NCBI GenBank assembly: GCA_024640685.1
Contig: JAHEEN010000003.1
Location: 1-58,516 of the forward strand
Reading direction: 5' to 3'
DNA from: Rhodospirillaceae bacterium
Lineage (GTDB): Bacteria; Pseudomonadota; Gammaproteobacteria; Steroidobacterales; Rariloculaceae
Length of the DNA: 58,516 bases
Part shown: positions 1-9,474 of the stretch, in pieces
Layout: every line of letters begins with the position of its first letter
How positions within the stretch are numbered: the first letter of the stretch is position 1
Position numbers and translations under genes: made by a program
Notes under the pieces: generated by a model
Told to the model about the DNA's origin: nothing
Database searches by the model: none
Seen by the model: only the letters and a program-made list of their open reading frames with translations

Positions 1-1
1 G

Positions 2-241
2 GGCTGGCCCAGCTCACTCAGCGGCGGCAAACATCATATGGGTGGTACGCGGATGCACGCCGACCTGCGTCAGGGTGTCGTGGACCCCGACTGCCGCGTG
101 CACGGTATCGACAACCTCTATATTGCGGGGAGCTCGGTTTTCCCTACGGGTGGATACGCCAACCCGACATTTACGATCATCGCCTTGGCGATGCGGCTCA
201 GCGATCATCTGCGCGCCCGACTAGAAGGCCGCGCACGCTAG
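2..241 (+). CDS. GMC family oxidoreductase, C-terminal fragment (5' end outside window)
   Basis: Frame is open from position 2. HHMGGTRM...GVVDPDCRVHGIDNLYIAGSSVFPTGGYANPTFTIIALAMRL is the typical GMC C-terminal motif. Confidence 0.9.
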   Translation, partial: GWPSSLSGGKHHMGGTRMHADLRQGVVDPDCRVHGIDNLYIAGSSVFPTGGYANPTFTIIALAMRLSDHLRARLEGRAR

Positions 242-1329
242 ACTCGGCGTCTCAACAGAGGCCGTGCGAGGCGCCAATAGGCACCAATGAGCCACGCGAT
301 CGTAGCCGCGGCCCAACGTTCCGGGCCGCCGCGCATGACTCCAATGCCGAATGCCAGCTCATCGGCCGTGAAAAGGGCTCGATCGCTGCGCTTGCGATGT
401 GCGTGTACGAACTTCCGGTGCGCCACGATCTCATCGCGGTCGCGGACGATGGAGGACCAGGCCCGGCAGTATTCAGGAAGCCATCCGCGTGCCACAGCAA
501 GGCCTAATGTGCCCAACTCGTAGAGCAGCAAGGCCGGTAGCAAAACCAGTGCGCTGCGCATGCTGTGGTGTATGCAGATCGTGATCAGGCGATTGCGCAT
601 CGATAAATACGCACGCCGCGAGGGATATTGCCCCGTGCCGCGAAAGGACAAGCCAGGAGTGCCCTCGCCACGGTCGTGCTCGACGATTGCGTCCAGCGCG
701 CACGCTGTGTCGTATCCGAAGGCGCGCATGCGCAAGCTGAATTCGAAATCCTCGTAATAGAAGAAGTAGAGCTCGTTGAAACCACCGGCCTCGAGTGCCG
801 TCTCTCGATCCAAGAGTAAACAACCGCTCGGAGCACCACCAACGAGGACGGTGCCGGCATCGTCGCCAAAGTCCGTCGAGTTGGCATTACGTAGCCAATA
901 GGTCCCCGTGAAGTGAAGCTCCGCACCATCGAACTGGATGACCTTACGCTCTGGATACAGGACGATCCGCGGACAGACGACCACTGCACGAGTCACCGTA
1001 CGGGCGCCAAACATGGTTTCAAGCGCATTGGCATGCAGATACATATCGCAGTCAATCAACAGCGCCAGCGGCGTGACAGCAGCCCGCAGTCCAATATTGC
1101 GGCCCTTCGATGGACCGAGATTCTCGGTCTGGGCAAGTATCGTTACGCTCGGAAACTGTGTAGCGATGGCCTCCCTGCTGCCGTCCGATGATGCGTTGTC
1201 GACGACGATAATTTGATCCGGCGGACGCGTTTGTGCGATTAGAGCTCGAATACAGCGCAACGCCCGCGAGCCCCCGTTAAAATTTACGACGATGGCAGTA
1301 ACTGGTGGCTGGGCTCGTTGCTCTGACAC
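238..1329 (-). CDS. Glycosyltransferase family 2
   Basis: IVVNFNG, VVDNASSDGS, DxD (DCD) and YYEDFEF motifs of GT-A fold GT2 enzymes. Confidence 0.9.
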   Translation of the reverse strand: MSEQRAQPPVTAIVVNFNGGSRALRCIRALIAQTRPPDQIIVVDNASSDGSREAIATQFPSVTILAQTENLGPSKGRNIGLRAAVTPLALLIDCDMYLHANALETMFGARTVTRAVVVCPRIVLYPERKVIQFDGAELHFTGTYWLRNANSTDFGDDAGTVLVGGAPSGCLLLDRETALEAGGFNELYFFYYEDFEFSLRMRAFGYDTACALDAIVEHDRGEGTPGLSFRGTGQYPSRRAYLSMRNRLITICIHHSMRSALVLLPALLLYELGTLGLAVARGWLPEYCRAWSSIVRDRDEIVAHRKFVHAHRKRSDRALFTADELAFGIGVMRGGPERWAAATIAWLIGAYWRLARPLLRRRV

Positions 1330-1353
1330 TATCTTGAGTGGGTACCGGCCTAG

Positions 1354-2556
1354 TTATGGTATCTCGGCTTGCGTGGTTCGCGGCAGTCTAGCCAGTGCTT
1401 GGCGTAACTCTGCCATCAGCGAGTCCATCGTGTAGCCCCGACCCTCTTCGCGGCTAATGTCACGCATTTTCGTACGCAGACGCTCGTTATCCAGCAGCCT
1501 CGACGCAGCAGCTGCGAACGCCTGCGGCGTCGGTGGGACGAGTAGACCCGTTCTGCCATCATCGATCATCGCCCGATGGGCAGCAGTATCGGTCGCAACG
1601 ATCGGTACAGCACCGGCCAGGTAACTGATGACCTTCATCGGCGGGTAGTTAACCGTTACTCGTGGTGACAATGCGACGTCCGCTGCTGCGAGGATGCGCG
1701 CGAGCTCGTTTCCGTGCCGCGGCCCTAGTAAACGTATATCTACCGAGGAATCCACTCCAAATCGGGCCGCTAATCGCTCTGGTGCAGGACCTATCAAACA
1801 CAGCGTCACTTCGGTTTGTTGTCTTTTCAGGATGTGCATCATGTCGATGAGCAGGTCGACGCGCTGATAAGGTGCAAAATTTCCCACGTATATCAGCAAG
1901 TGCTTAATGTCGTTTTCACGCTTCCACGAATCATCACCGGCTGGATGGGATAGGTCAGTCGTCGTCGTAACGGGCGGGCGGTCGCCAAGCAAGCAGACCT
2001 TGTCGGTATAGCAATCGCCGATTGTTGATTTCAGGTGTGCCCAATTCGCGAGAATAAGGTTCGCCTCCGAATAAAGGTGACGTTCAATCCGTTCCGCGAT
2101 CGCGAGGATTGGCCGCGGCGCATGATGGATATTGCGCACGAGCTCTGTCAGTGAGCCGTGCATGTCATAGATAATGGGTATTCGCGCGCGTCGCTTGAGT
2201 GCGAGGCCGAGCAACATGCCGTCCGCATCGTGACCGATCATGGCATCAAAGAAATGCTCGCGTAGTAACCGCCGTGCAAGCCGGTAAAGGGCCCAATCGC
2301 TTGCGATTTTTCCGAACGAGAGACCGATTCGGTGTGGATCGACCTGATATCTGTGCGGCACGCGACGAATCTCAATCTGACGCGCCGTCTTCGAAAACTT
2401 CTCAGGCAGATAGTCGTCTAGCTCTCGGCCTACGGCGTACGTGGCGACTACGAGCGAGTGACCATCGAGCGCAAGCGCCAACGCATTATTGAGCACGCGA
2501 ATCGGCTTGCCACGCATGATCGGGAATGGGCAGGGGGCCAAAACGAGGAAATGCAC
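1354..2556 (-). CDS. Glycosyltransferase family 4
   Basis: GT-B motifs YVGNFAPYQRVDLL, PPMKVISYLAGAVPIVATD and DGRTGLLV; GTG start. Confidence 0.88.
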   Translation of the reverse strand: MHFLVLAPCPFPIMRGKPIRVLNNALALALDGHSLVVATYAVGRELDDYLPEKFSKTARQIEIRRVPHRYQVDPHRIGLSFGKIASDWALYRLARRLLREHFFDAMIGHDADGMLLGLALKRRARIPIIYDMHGSLTELVRNIHHAPRPILAIAERIERHLYSEANLILANWAHLKSTIGDCYTDKVCLLGDRPPVTTTTDLSHPAGDDSWKRENDIKHLLIYVGNFAPYQRVDLLIDMMHILKRQQTEVTLCLIGPAPERLAARFGVDSSVDIRLLGPRHGNELARILAAADVALSPRVTVNYPPMKVISYLAGAVPIVATDTAAHRAMIDDGRTGLLVPPTPQAFAAAASRLLDNERLRTKMRDISREEGRGYTMDSLMAELRQALARLPRTTQAEIP

Positions 2557-2636
2557 TTGTGCGGACCACAGCCAACGATCGCGACACAGTAGAGCAATTC
2601 ACGGAGCCTGGCACGTTCGGAAGTCACGATTTGGGA

Positions 2637-3774
2637 GTCCGACAAATTTTCGAGCCTATGCGGCAGGGCACGGTTACACTGTGATTGGGAAGGCATTGAA
2701 CGGTGATCCACGGTACGCCGACGTATCTGAGCGATTCTTCAACGGAAACTTGCCTCCATGCTCTGGGTCATATTTCATACGAAAGAACAGGCCACCTGCC
2801 AGGGCTCATAATTGGTGTCCAACAGGCATTCGCGTCATGCTCAATAACGAGTTGTACGGAGGTACGTATGTCTGGAGCAAGACCGAGAAGTACCACACGT
2901 CGAAGCGTACGAAGTTGCAACGAAAACAGAGAGACCCGAAGAAATTGGTCACGGTTCAAATGCCACATCTCCGTATAGTTGACGAGGATCTCTGGCGAAG
3001 CACTCGTAAGAGGCTAGAAGCAGTCCGGTAAAACTACTCGCGCCAGCAAAACGGAGAAATGTTTCTCGGGCGCTCTGAGACCGGAGCACATTCCAGATAC
3101 CTATTGTCTGGTTTGCTCCGCTGTGAAGGCTGTGGCGGCTCTATGATCGTCACGTCGTTCAAACGCAGTGGAAAGGTCGTTGCGCGCTATGTCTGCAGTC
3201 GGAACAATAAGCGCGGCCCGACGTCATGTTCGAATAACATCCGGCCGATAGTCAGGGAACCGGACGCGTTAATACTTTCAGAACTGGCTGAGCGAGTGCT
3301 CACGCCTGAGGGCGTTATGCGGCTACTTAAGGCAACCGCCGCGCGAGCAGCTAAGAAGCAACGAGAAAATCCGAAGGCCCTGAGTGAGGCGAAACGAAAC
3401 ATAGATATTCTGCGGAGCGAACTCGGGCACTATCTAGATTTGATAGGCGAGGGCAAAGCTCCTGACTCCGTACTCGAGCGCATTGCCTGTCTCGAACAGC
3501 GTATTGCAGCAAAAGAGCGGTTATTGGCTGGCTTACGCGTGCCCAAAGTTGCTGAGCTGTCGGATCTCGCCCTCTATAAGCAACTTTGTGAACGGCTCGA
3601 CCAGTTTCGCGAGCCGCCGGGCGGCGAAGATGTCCCAAAACAACGGCAAGTACTGAGAAAGCTGCTCGGCCGGAAAAATGTACTTTGGCTCTCAGCCGCG
3701 GATGGCGGTTACCAAATTCACGGTGAGACTCGATTGGGACCGCTGTTCGACGGGCTACCGGCGATGCGAACTAG

Positions 3775-3796
<22 letters not shown>
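2637..3796 (+). pseudogene. Decayed large serine recombinase (integrase); recombinase and zinc-ribbon domains remain
   Basis: Recombinase-domain text (GIRVMLNNELYGG, PHLRIVDEDLW) and zinc ribbon (YLLSGLLRCEGCGGSM...YVCS...SC) lie in the same frame, separated by an in-frame TAA at 3029-3031. There is an apparent 1-nt frameshift near 2648 (VRQIF/RAY). No N-terminal catalytic domain is visible. Confidence 0.85.
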
Positions 3797-3861
<65 letters not shown>

Positions 3862-3874
3862 CGGTGGGCGGTCG

Positions 3875-3903
3875 AATGTACTGACTGGTCCGGAGGCTGT
3901 CAA
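3875..3903 (-). promoter_or_regulatory. Sigma70 promoter of tRNA-Leu
   Basis: TTGACA-17 bp-TACATT on the minus strand just upstream of the tRNA. Confidence 0.85.
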
Positions 3904-4054
3904 ACTAACTCCGGCGGCGCTTTTGGGTCACGACAAAGGCCTTCGGGCGCCAGCGCGATGTCGCTCGCGCATGCGATTTTGAGCGTCCCGAGGGCTATGA
4001 TGCGCGCATGCTGCCTCTAGTCGACTACTTTCCGCCCATGCGTTGCCAAGTCTG

Positions 4055-6253
4055 ATGCCGCGACCGTCACGAAAAAGCACGGCACGTCGCGACAAAGCCT
4101 ACGAGCATCCGATTCCGTCCCGACAGGAGATCTTGGTTGCGATGGAGGCGGCAGGTCGGCCGCTCCTATTGCAGGCGCTCGCCGAGAAGCTCGGCATCCG
4201 AACGGCGCCGCATCGCGGCGCGCTCGAAAATCGGCTCAGAGCCATGGTTAGGGATGGCCAACTCATCCGCAATCGTGCCAAGGCTTACTGTCTGACCCAA
4301 CACCTCGATCTCGTTACCGGGCGCGTGCAGGCGCACCGCGACGGCTACGGGTTCGTGATCCCCGACGATGGCTCCGACGACATCTATTTGTCCGCGCGCG
4401 AAATGACGCCACTGTGGGGCGGTGACCGGATCGCCGTTCACGCGAGCCAGGGCCGCAACGGTCGCGAAGGGCGGCTCGCCGAGATCCTCGGTCGCGGTCG
4501 CAGCGAGATCGTCGGCACGTTTACACGCGAGCGCGGCATCGACCTCGTGTTCGCCGAAGGTGACGTCAACGAGCGTGTGTTGATTCCCCGTGGGCAGTCC
4601 GGCGGCGCGCGGGTCGGCGACATCGTCCGCGTGGAAATTGATCAGCATCCGACAGTACGCAGCGATGCGATCGGTCGCGTCACCTTTGTCGTTGGCCGCC
4701 ACGACGACCCCGGGATGGAGACCGATATTGCGATACTCGCGCACGGTCTGCCGCACGAATGGTCCGAGTCGATTAACGCGCAGATGGCGGCGCTGCCGAC
4801 TCGCGTCCCGGTCAGTGCGAAGCGACGCCGCGAAGACCTGCGCAAGCTACCACTCGTGACGATCGACGGTGCCGACGCACGGGACTTCGACGATGCAGTC
4901 TACGCTGAGCGACAGGGCGAACGTTGGCGCCTGATCGTTGCGATTGCTGACGTTGCGCACTATGTCGAGGCTGGCTCGGAGCTCGATGACGCCGCTAGCG
5001 AGCGTGGCACGTCAGTTTATTTCCCTGACCGCGTGGTCCCGATGTTGCCGGAGGCGTTATCGAACGGACTGTGCTCCCTGCGCCCCAACGTCGACCGGTT
5101 GGCGCTGTGCTGTGAGATGACCATCGACGAGCACGGCAATGTGACTCGTTCGCGGTTCTTCGAGGCTGTCATGCGTTCGGCCGCGCGGTTAACGTACGTC
5201 GAGGTCGCGCGGCTGCTCGAAGGGCGTAAGCCGCCGGCGAGACTCGCGGCAGTTAGTGCCAAGCTCGGCACGTTGCATGACGTCTACGGCGCTCTCGATC
5301 GGAAGCGACGGCGGCGTGGAGCGATCGATTTCGACCTCCCGCAGGCTAAGATCGAACTCGATGATCGCGGTCAGGTCGCCGATGTTCACGTCACGCAGCG
5401 ACTCGTCAGCCACCGCATCATCGAGGAATGCATGATCGCGGCGAACGTCGAAGCCGCGAAATTCCTGCACAAACGGCGTATCGCAGGGCTCTACCGCGTG
5501 CACGAAGCCCCTGACCCTGAGCGACTAGAGGAACTACTGCAGTTCCTGCAGAGCATGGGGCTCAAGCTGAATGCACCCAATGCAATCAAGCCAAAGGACA
5601 TCGCGCAGCTCGTCGAGCGCGTCGCGGAGCGCCCTGACGCCGATCTCATTGACACAATGGTGTTGCGCTCGATGAGCCAGGCTCGCTATCAGCCGAAGAA
5701 CATCGGTCACTTCGGTCTGGCGCTGACGGCCTACGCACATTTCACCTCACCGATTCGCCGCTATCCCGACCTGTTCGTGCATCGCGCGATCAAGTGGCTG
5801 TTGAGTCACGGTAGCGCTCGTGGCTTCAAAGCTTCGCCTGCGGACATGGAACAGCTCGGCGAGCGCTGCTCGCGCACCGAGCGACGCGCGGATGCGGCGG
5901 TCTGGCAAGTCGAGGAGCGGCTGAAATGTCTGTATCTGAAGGAACGCATCGGCGATCGATTCGATGTCGTCGTTGCGAGCATTGCGCCGTTCGGGCTCTT
6001 CGTTCGCGTTCACGAGCTGCAGATCGACGGGCTCGTGCACGTATCCGGCCTGCCCGACGACTATTATCGCCGTGATGCAGGCGGCTCGGTGCTCGTCGGC
6101 GAGCGTAGCGGACGCCGTTTTCGGGTCACCGACAAGCTCGAGGTCAAGCTCGTGAACGTGGACGTTGGCGAACGAAAGATCGACTTCACGCTCGCGGACT
6201 CCGGGCCGGTGAGCGCGACGGGTCGGCGGCGGAGGCGCAATGGGCGCCGATAG
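4055..6253 (+). CDS. rnr: Ribonuclease R
   Basis: HRDGYGF cold-shock domain, TIDGADARDFDDA catalytic motif, HFTSPIRRYPDL and C-terminal S1; adjacent to rlmB. Alternative start TTG 4043. Confidence 0.96.
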   Translation: MPRPSRKSTARRDKAYEHPIPSRQEILVAMEAAGRPLLLQALAEKLGIRTAPHRGALENRLRAMVRDGQLIRNRAKAYCLTQHLDLVTGRVQAHRDGYGFVIPDDGSDDIYLSAREMTPLWGGDRIAVHASQGRNGREGRLAEILGRGRSEIVGTFTRERGIDLVFAEGDVNERVLIPRGQSGGARVGDIVRVEIDQHPTVRSDAIGRVTFVVGRHDDPGMETDIAILAHGLPHEWSESINAQMAALPTRVPVSAKRRREDLRKLPLVTIDGADARDFDDAVYAERQGERWRLIVAIADVAHYVEAGSELDDAASERGTSVYFPDRVVPMLPEALSNGLCSLRPNVDRLALCCEMTIDEHGNVTRSRFFEAVMRSAARLTYVEVARLLEGRKPPARLAAVSAKLGTLHDVYGALDRKRRRRGAIDFDLPQAKIELDDRGQVADVHVTQRLVSHRIIEECMIAANVEAAKFLHKRRIAGLYRVHEAPDPERLEELLQFLQSMGLKLNAPNAIKPKDIAQLVERVAERPDADLIDTMVLRSMSQARYQPKNIGHFGLALTAYAHFTSPIRRYPDLFVHRAIKWLLSHGSARGFKASPADMEQLGERCSRTERRADAAVWQVEERLKCLYLKERIGDRFDVVVASIAPFGLFVRVHELQIDGLVHVSGLPDDYYRRDAGGSVLVGERSGRRFRVTDKLEVKLVNVDVGERKIDFTLADSGPVSATGRRRRRNGRR

Positions 6254-7013
6254 GCAGCGTTGGATCTACGGCTTGCATTCGGTCGGCTCGCTGCTCACAC
6301 GTCGGCCGCACGCGATCGCAGCCGCCGCCGTTCTCGAGCGATCCCGCGCGGGCTCTCTCCCGGCGCTGGTGAAATCGCTCGAGGAATTGAGCATTCCCAT
6401 CGAGCGCTTAAGCCGCGTGGCGCTCGACCGATTGACAGGCACGAAAGCTCATCAGGGTATTGCCGTGCAAACGAAAGGCGTCGCCGAGGTCGATGTTCGC
6501 GAACTCGAATCGCTGGTTCTCGACCGCGGCCGCGCAACGCGGTTGCTCGTGCTCGATCGGGTTCAGGATCCACGCAATCTAGGCGCATGCCTGCGATGCG
6601 CCGATGCGGCTGGCGTCGATGCCGTCGTCGTGCCGAGGGCAAATGCCACGGGATTGACGCCTGCGGCTGTCAAAGCAGCGGCAGGGGCGGCCGAAACAGT
6701 ACCCCTCGCGCGCGTCGGTAATCTGGCCTCGACGCTGCATTGGCTAAAAGACGCCGGCGTCTGGGTCGTTGGCGCGGCCGCCGAGGCTCGGCGCAGCCTC
6801 TACGATGCGCGCCTCGAGGCTCCGGTCGCGCTCGTCGTGGGTGGCGAGGGCCAGGGACTGCGGCGTCTGACGCGCGAGATTTGCGACGAGCTCGTCGCGA
6901 TACCGATGCGGGGCACGGTAGGGAGCCTCAACGTCTCGGTCGCGGCGGCCGTTACGCTGTTCGAGCTCGATCGCCAGATTCGCAATCGCCAGCCAGCACG
7001 CCGCTCGACTTGA
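6240..7013 (+). CDS. rlmB: 23S rRNA (Gm2251) methyltransferase
   Basis: SpoU motifs LDRVQDPRNLGA, GGEGQGL and GSLNVSVA; IYGLHSV N-terminus; follows rnr. Confidence 0.95.
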   Translation: MGADRQRWIYGLHSVGSLLTRRPHAIAAAAVLERSRAGSLPALVKSLEELSIPIERLSRVALDRLTGTKAHQGIAVQTKGVAEVDVRELESLVLDRGRATRLLVLDRVQDPRNLGACLRCADAAGVDAVVVPRANATGLTPAAVKAAAGAAETVPLARVGNLASTLHWLKDAGVWVVGAAAEARRSLYDARLEAPVALVVGGEGQGLRRLTREICDELVAIPMRGTVGSLNVSVAAAVTLFELDRQIRNRQPARRST

Positions 7014-7038
7014 GACGCCGAGCCTGCTTCGGTAGCAT
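7010..7038 (+). promoter_or_regulatory. Putative sigma70 promoter of the rpsF operon
   Basis: TTGAGA-17 bp-TAGCAT. Confidence 0.55.
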
Positions 7039-7110
7039 GGCTCGCCCGGATACGCAGAGTCGAGCAGGTCTAGCCCTCCGTCTGCGTTACCGGAAACGAT
7101 TGTCTACAAA

Positions 7111-7156
7111 CCCTTGCCTCACTGGTCCGCGTCCAGGAGGCTTCATCCAGAAGGAA
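7111..7156 (+). promoter_or_regulatory. S6:S18 ribosomal protein leader (cis-regulatory RNA)
   Basis: Hairpin CCTT-GCCTC-A-CTGG...CCAG-GAGGC-(TTCATCCAG)-AAGG. It pairs the RBS and has a CC-containing internal loop just before the rpsF start. Confidence 0.7.
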
Positions 7157-7161
7157 CGCGA

Positions 7162-7749
7162 GTGAGACACTACGAAGTCGTGTTTCTGGTCCACCCTGAC
7201 CAGAGCGAGCAAGTCCCTGCGATGCTGGAGCGCTATCGCAGCATGATCGAAGGCGCCGGTGGCGTCGTGCATCGTCAAGAGGACTGGGGCCGGCGCCAGC
7301 TGGCTCACGCGATCAACAAGATCCACAAGGCGCATTACTTGATGCTCAACGTCGAGTGTCCGCAGGGGACGCTCAATGAGCTCGTCGGCGCATTTCGCTT
7401 TAGCGACGCCGTGTTGCGCCACCTCGTCATCAAGCGCGATAAGGCGATTACCGAGGCCTCGCCGATGGCGAAGGAGCAGGAAGAAGAAAAGGCCAAGGAA
7501 GCGCAGGCCGCCGCCGCGGATGCCGCTCGCGCGAAGCGAGCCGACGATTCGGCCAAGGCGAGCGCCGCTTCCGACAGCACAGAGGACAGCAGCGGCAGCG
7601 AAGAAGCCGCTGGCGATAGCGATAGCGGCGAAGCCGAAGAAGCGGGCGCATCGGAGACCGAAGCTGAGGCGGCGACCGACGAGTCCGCCGACAGCGATGA
7701 AGACCAAGATGCTGCGTCGTCTGACGATGACGCCGGCAAGGAGAGTTAA
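7162..7749 (+). CDS. rpsF: 30S ribosomal protein S6 with long acidic C-terminal extension
   Basis: GTG start, [17 protein letters not shown]...[18 protein letters not shown]; 195 aa. Confidence 0.97.
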   Translation: MRHYEVVFLVHPDQSEQVPAMLERYRSMIEGAGGVVHRQEDWGRRQLAHAINKIHKAHYLMLNVECPQGTLNELVGAFRFSDAVLRHLVIKRDKAITEASPMAKEQEEEKAKEAQAAAADAARAKRADDSAKASAASDSTEDSSGSEEAAGDSDSGEAEEAGASETEAEAATDESADSDEDQDAASSDDDAGKES

Positions 7750-7752
7750 GCG

Positions 7753-7977
7753 ATGGCCCGTTATTTCAGACGCAAGAAGTTCTGCAGATTCACGGCCGAG
7801 GGCGTCGAGGAAATCGACTATAAAGACTTGGCAACGCTGAAAGCGTACGTCACCGAGACCGGAAAGATCGTTCCGAGTCGAATCACCGGCACCAAGGCGC
7901 ACTACCAGCGCCAGCTCGCGATCGCGGTCAAGCGCGCACGGTTCCTAGCGCTGCTGCCTTACACGGACCAGCACTGA
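7753..7977 (+). CDS. rpsR: 30S ribosomal protein S18
   Basis: [13 protein letters not shown]...IDYKD...[10 protein letters not shown]...[10 protein letters not shown]. Confidence 0.98.
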   Translation: MARYFRRKKFCRFTAEGVEEIDYKDLATLKAYVTETGKIVPSRITGTKAHYQRQLAIAVKRARFLALLPYTDQH

Positions 7978-8017
7978 GGCGCACAGTGACCGGCGTGCGT
8001 TCGAGCTGCGCGGGGCC

Positions 8018-8893
8018 GTGACGGCGCTCGTTGGATGGCTACTTCAGCGGCGGTATCGATTGCTGGCGCTTGCGGTGGTGGTCACGCCGTTCGTGCAGTT
8101 GCTTGCCGTCGCGTTGATCGCGTTGGACACGATACGGCGCGGCCCGCGTCAGGGGCTAATCGGTGCGGCTATCGCGCTGGTCTGCGTCCTTCTGTTGAGC
8201 GTGTTCGTAGGCTTCGATACCCGCGTGCTAGGGGTTATGGCCTCGATGACGATGGCCGCTGGCTTCGGCTTAGGTGTCATCGTCAATGCGACGTACTCGC
8301 TGACACTGGCGTTCCAGGCCTGTGTCGCAGTGTGCGCGGCGATTGTGATTCTGAGTGTCTGGATGTGGCCAGACGTGCGTGGTACCGTCGCGCCGCAGCT
8401 CGATGTCATCATCGATACGTTGCGTCAAGAGGGCGTCGCGCCGGAGTTCATCGACGCGGTCAGTCAGGCGGCGAATGTCGTATTCGGCTTGTCAGCGGCG
8501 TTCGGGCTCGTGCAGCTGTTTGTCGCGATCGTGCTCGCTTACTGGTGGAGTTGTCTGGCCGGGTTGCCGCAGTCTATCGGCGAGCAATTTCGATCGCTTC
8601 GAATGGGTCGCATTCTAGGTGTGCCAGCGACGTTGCTAATGGCAACGAGCCTGTTCTTCGATGCGACGCTGATACAAAATTTGTTTCCGGTCGTATTGGT
8701 CGGATTCTGTATTCAAGGTCTTGCTGTGACGCACGCGTGGGCACATGCTAAAAGCTGGAATCCAGCCGTGCTGCTCGTGATGTACGTGCTTCTCGTAAGC
8801 CCGCTGTCGGGTATCTTGTTGCTGGCGCTCGGCTCAATGGGGCTGACGGACAGCTGGATCAATCTCAGAGGGCCGCTGCGCGCGGTGCGTTGA
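8018..8893 (+). CDS. DUF2232/YybS-like integral membrane protein
   Basis: Multiple hydrophobic helices, QGLAVTH and GLTDSWINLR-type ending, position between rpsR and rplI. Confidence 0.75.
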   Translation: MTALVGWLLQRRYRLLALAVVVTPFVQLLAVALIALDTIRRGPRQGLIGAAIALVCVLLLSVFVGFDTRVLGVMASMTMAAGFGLGVIVNATYSLTLAFQACVAVCAAIVILSVWMWPDVRGTVAPQLDVIIDTLRQEGVAPEFIDAVSQAANVVFGLSAAFGLVQLFVAIVLAYWWSCLAGLPQSIGEQFRSLRMGRILGVPATLLMATSLFFDATLIQNLFPVVLVGFCIQGLAVTHAWAHAKSWNPAVLLVMYVLLVSPLSGILLLALGSMGLTDSWINLRGPLRAVR

Positions 8894-8909
8894 CGAGGAG
8901 AGCGCGACG

Positions 8910-9419
8910 ATGGAAGTCATCTTATTGGAGAAAATCGAGAACGTCGGCGGCATCGGCGACCAGGTTAAGGTCAAGCCGGGATTTGCGCGTAACTATCTGC
9001 TGCCACAAGGCAAGGCGACGCTTGCGACGCCCGAGAACGTTGCCAAGTTCGAGGCTCGTCGCGCTGAGCTCGAGGCGAAGGCACAAGCCGAGCTCGACGA
9101 GGCGCAGGCGCGCGCGGCGAAGCTCGAGGGTCAGAGCTTGAAGCTGACGGCAACTGCGGGACCGGAAGGAAAACTGTTTGGCTCGATTGGGCCGATCGAT
9201 ATTGCGGCGGCTTGCGAGTCGTTCGGCATCGCGATTGAGCGCAGCGAGGTGCGTTTGCCGGACGGGCCGCTGCGAGTCGTCGGTGAGCATGCAGTCGAGC
9301 TACACCTGCACACGGACGTCAACGTTGCATTGACAGTTATCGTCAACGCCGACGAAACAACGGCTGTCGATCCGGTAACCGGCGACGACGACGTCGAATC
9401 CGCCGACACGGAAGACTGA
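8910..9419 (+). CDS. rplI: 50S ribosomal protein L9
   Basis: MEVILL...VKPGFARNYLLPQGKA and GKLFGSI. Confidence 0.97.
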   Translation: MEVILLEKIENVGGIGDQVKVKPGFARNYLLPQGKATLATPENVAKFEARRAELEAKAQAELDEAQARAAKLEGQSLKLTATAGPEGKLFGSIGPIDIAAACESFGIAIERSEVRLPDGPLRVVGEHAVELHLHTDVNVALTVIVNADETTAVDPVTGDDDVESADTED

Positions 9420-9474
9420 CCGACCGATGCACTGCGACGTGTGCTAAGCTCGACGAAAACGCTAGTCGAGAAAC

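Noticed and set aside
2489-2636. N-terminal part of the 180-aa ORF as recombinase sequence
   Set aside because: It overlaps the GT4 start on the other strand and shows no recombinase motifs; homology appears to begin near 2637.
3029-3031. Programmed readthrough or recoding in the recombinase
   Set aside because: The stop is TAA, and the gene also has a frameshift and lacks its catalytic domain, so decay is the simpler explanation.
7087-7902. 271-aa minus-strand ORF
   Set aside because: Antisense shadow of rpsF/rpsR; such ORFs are common in GC-rich DNA.
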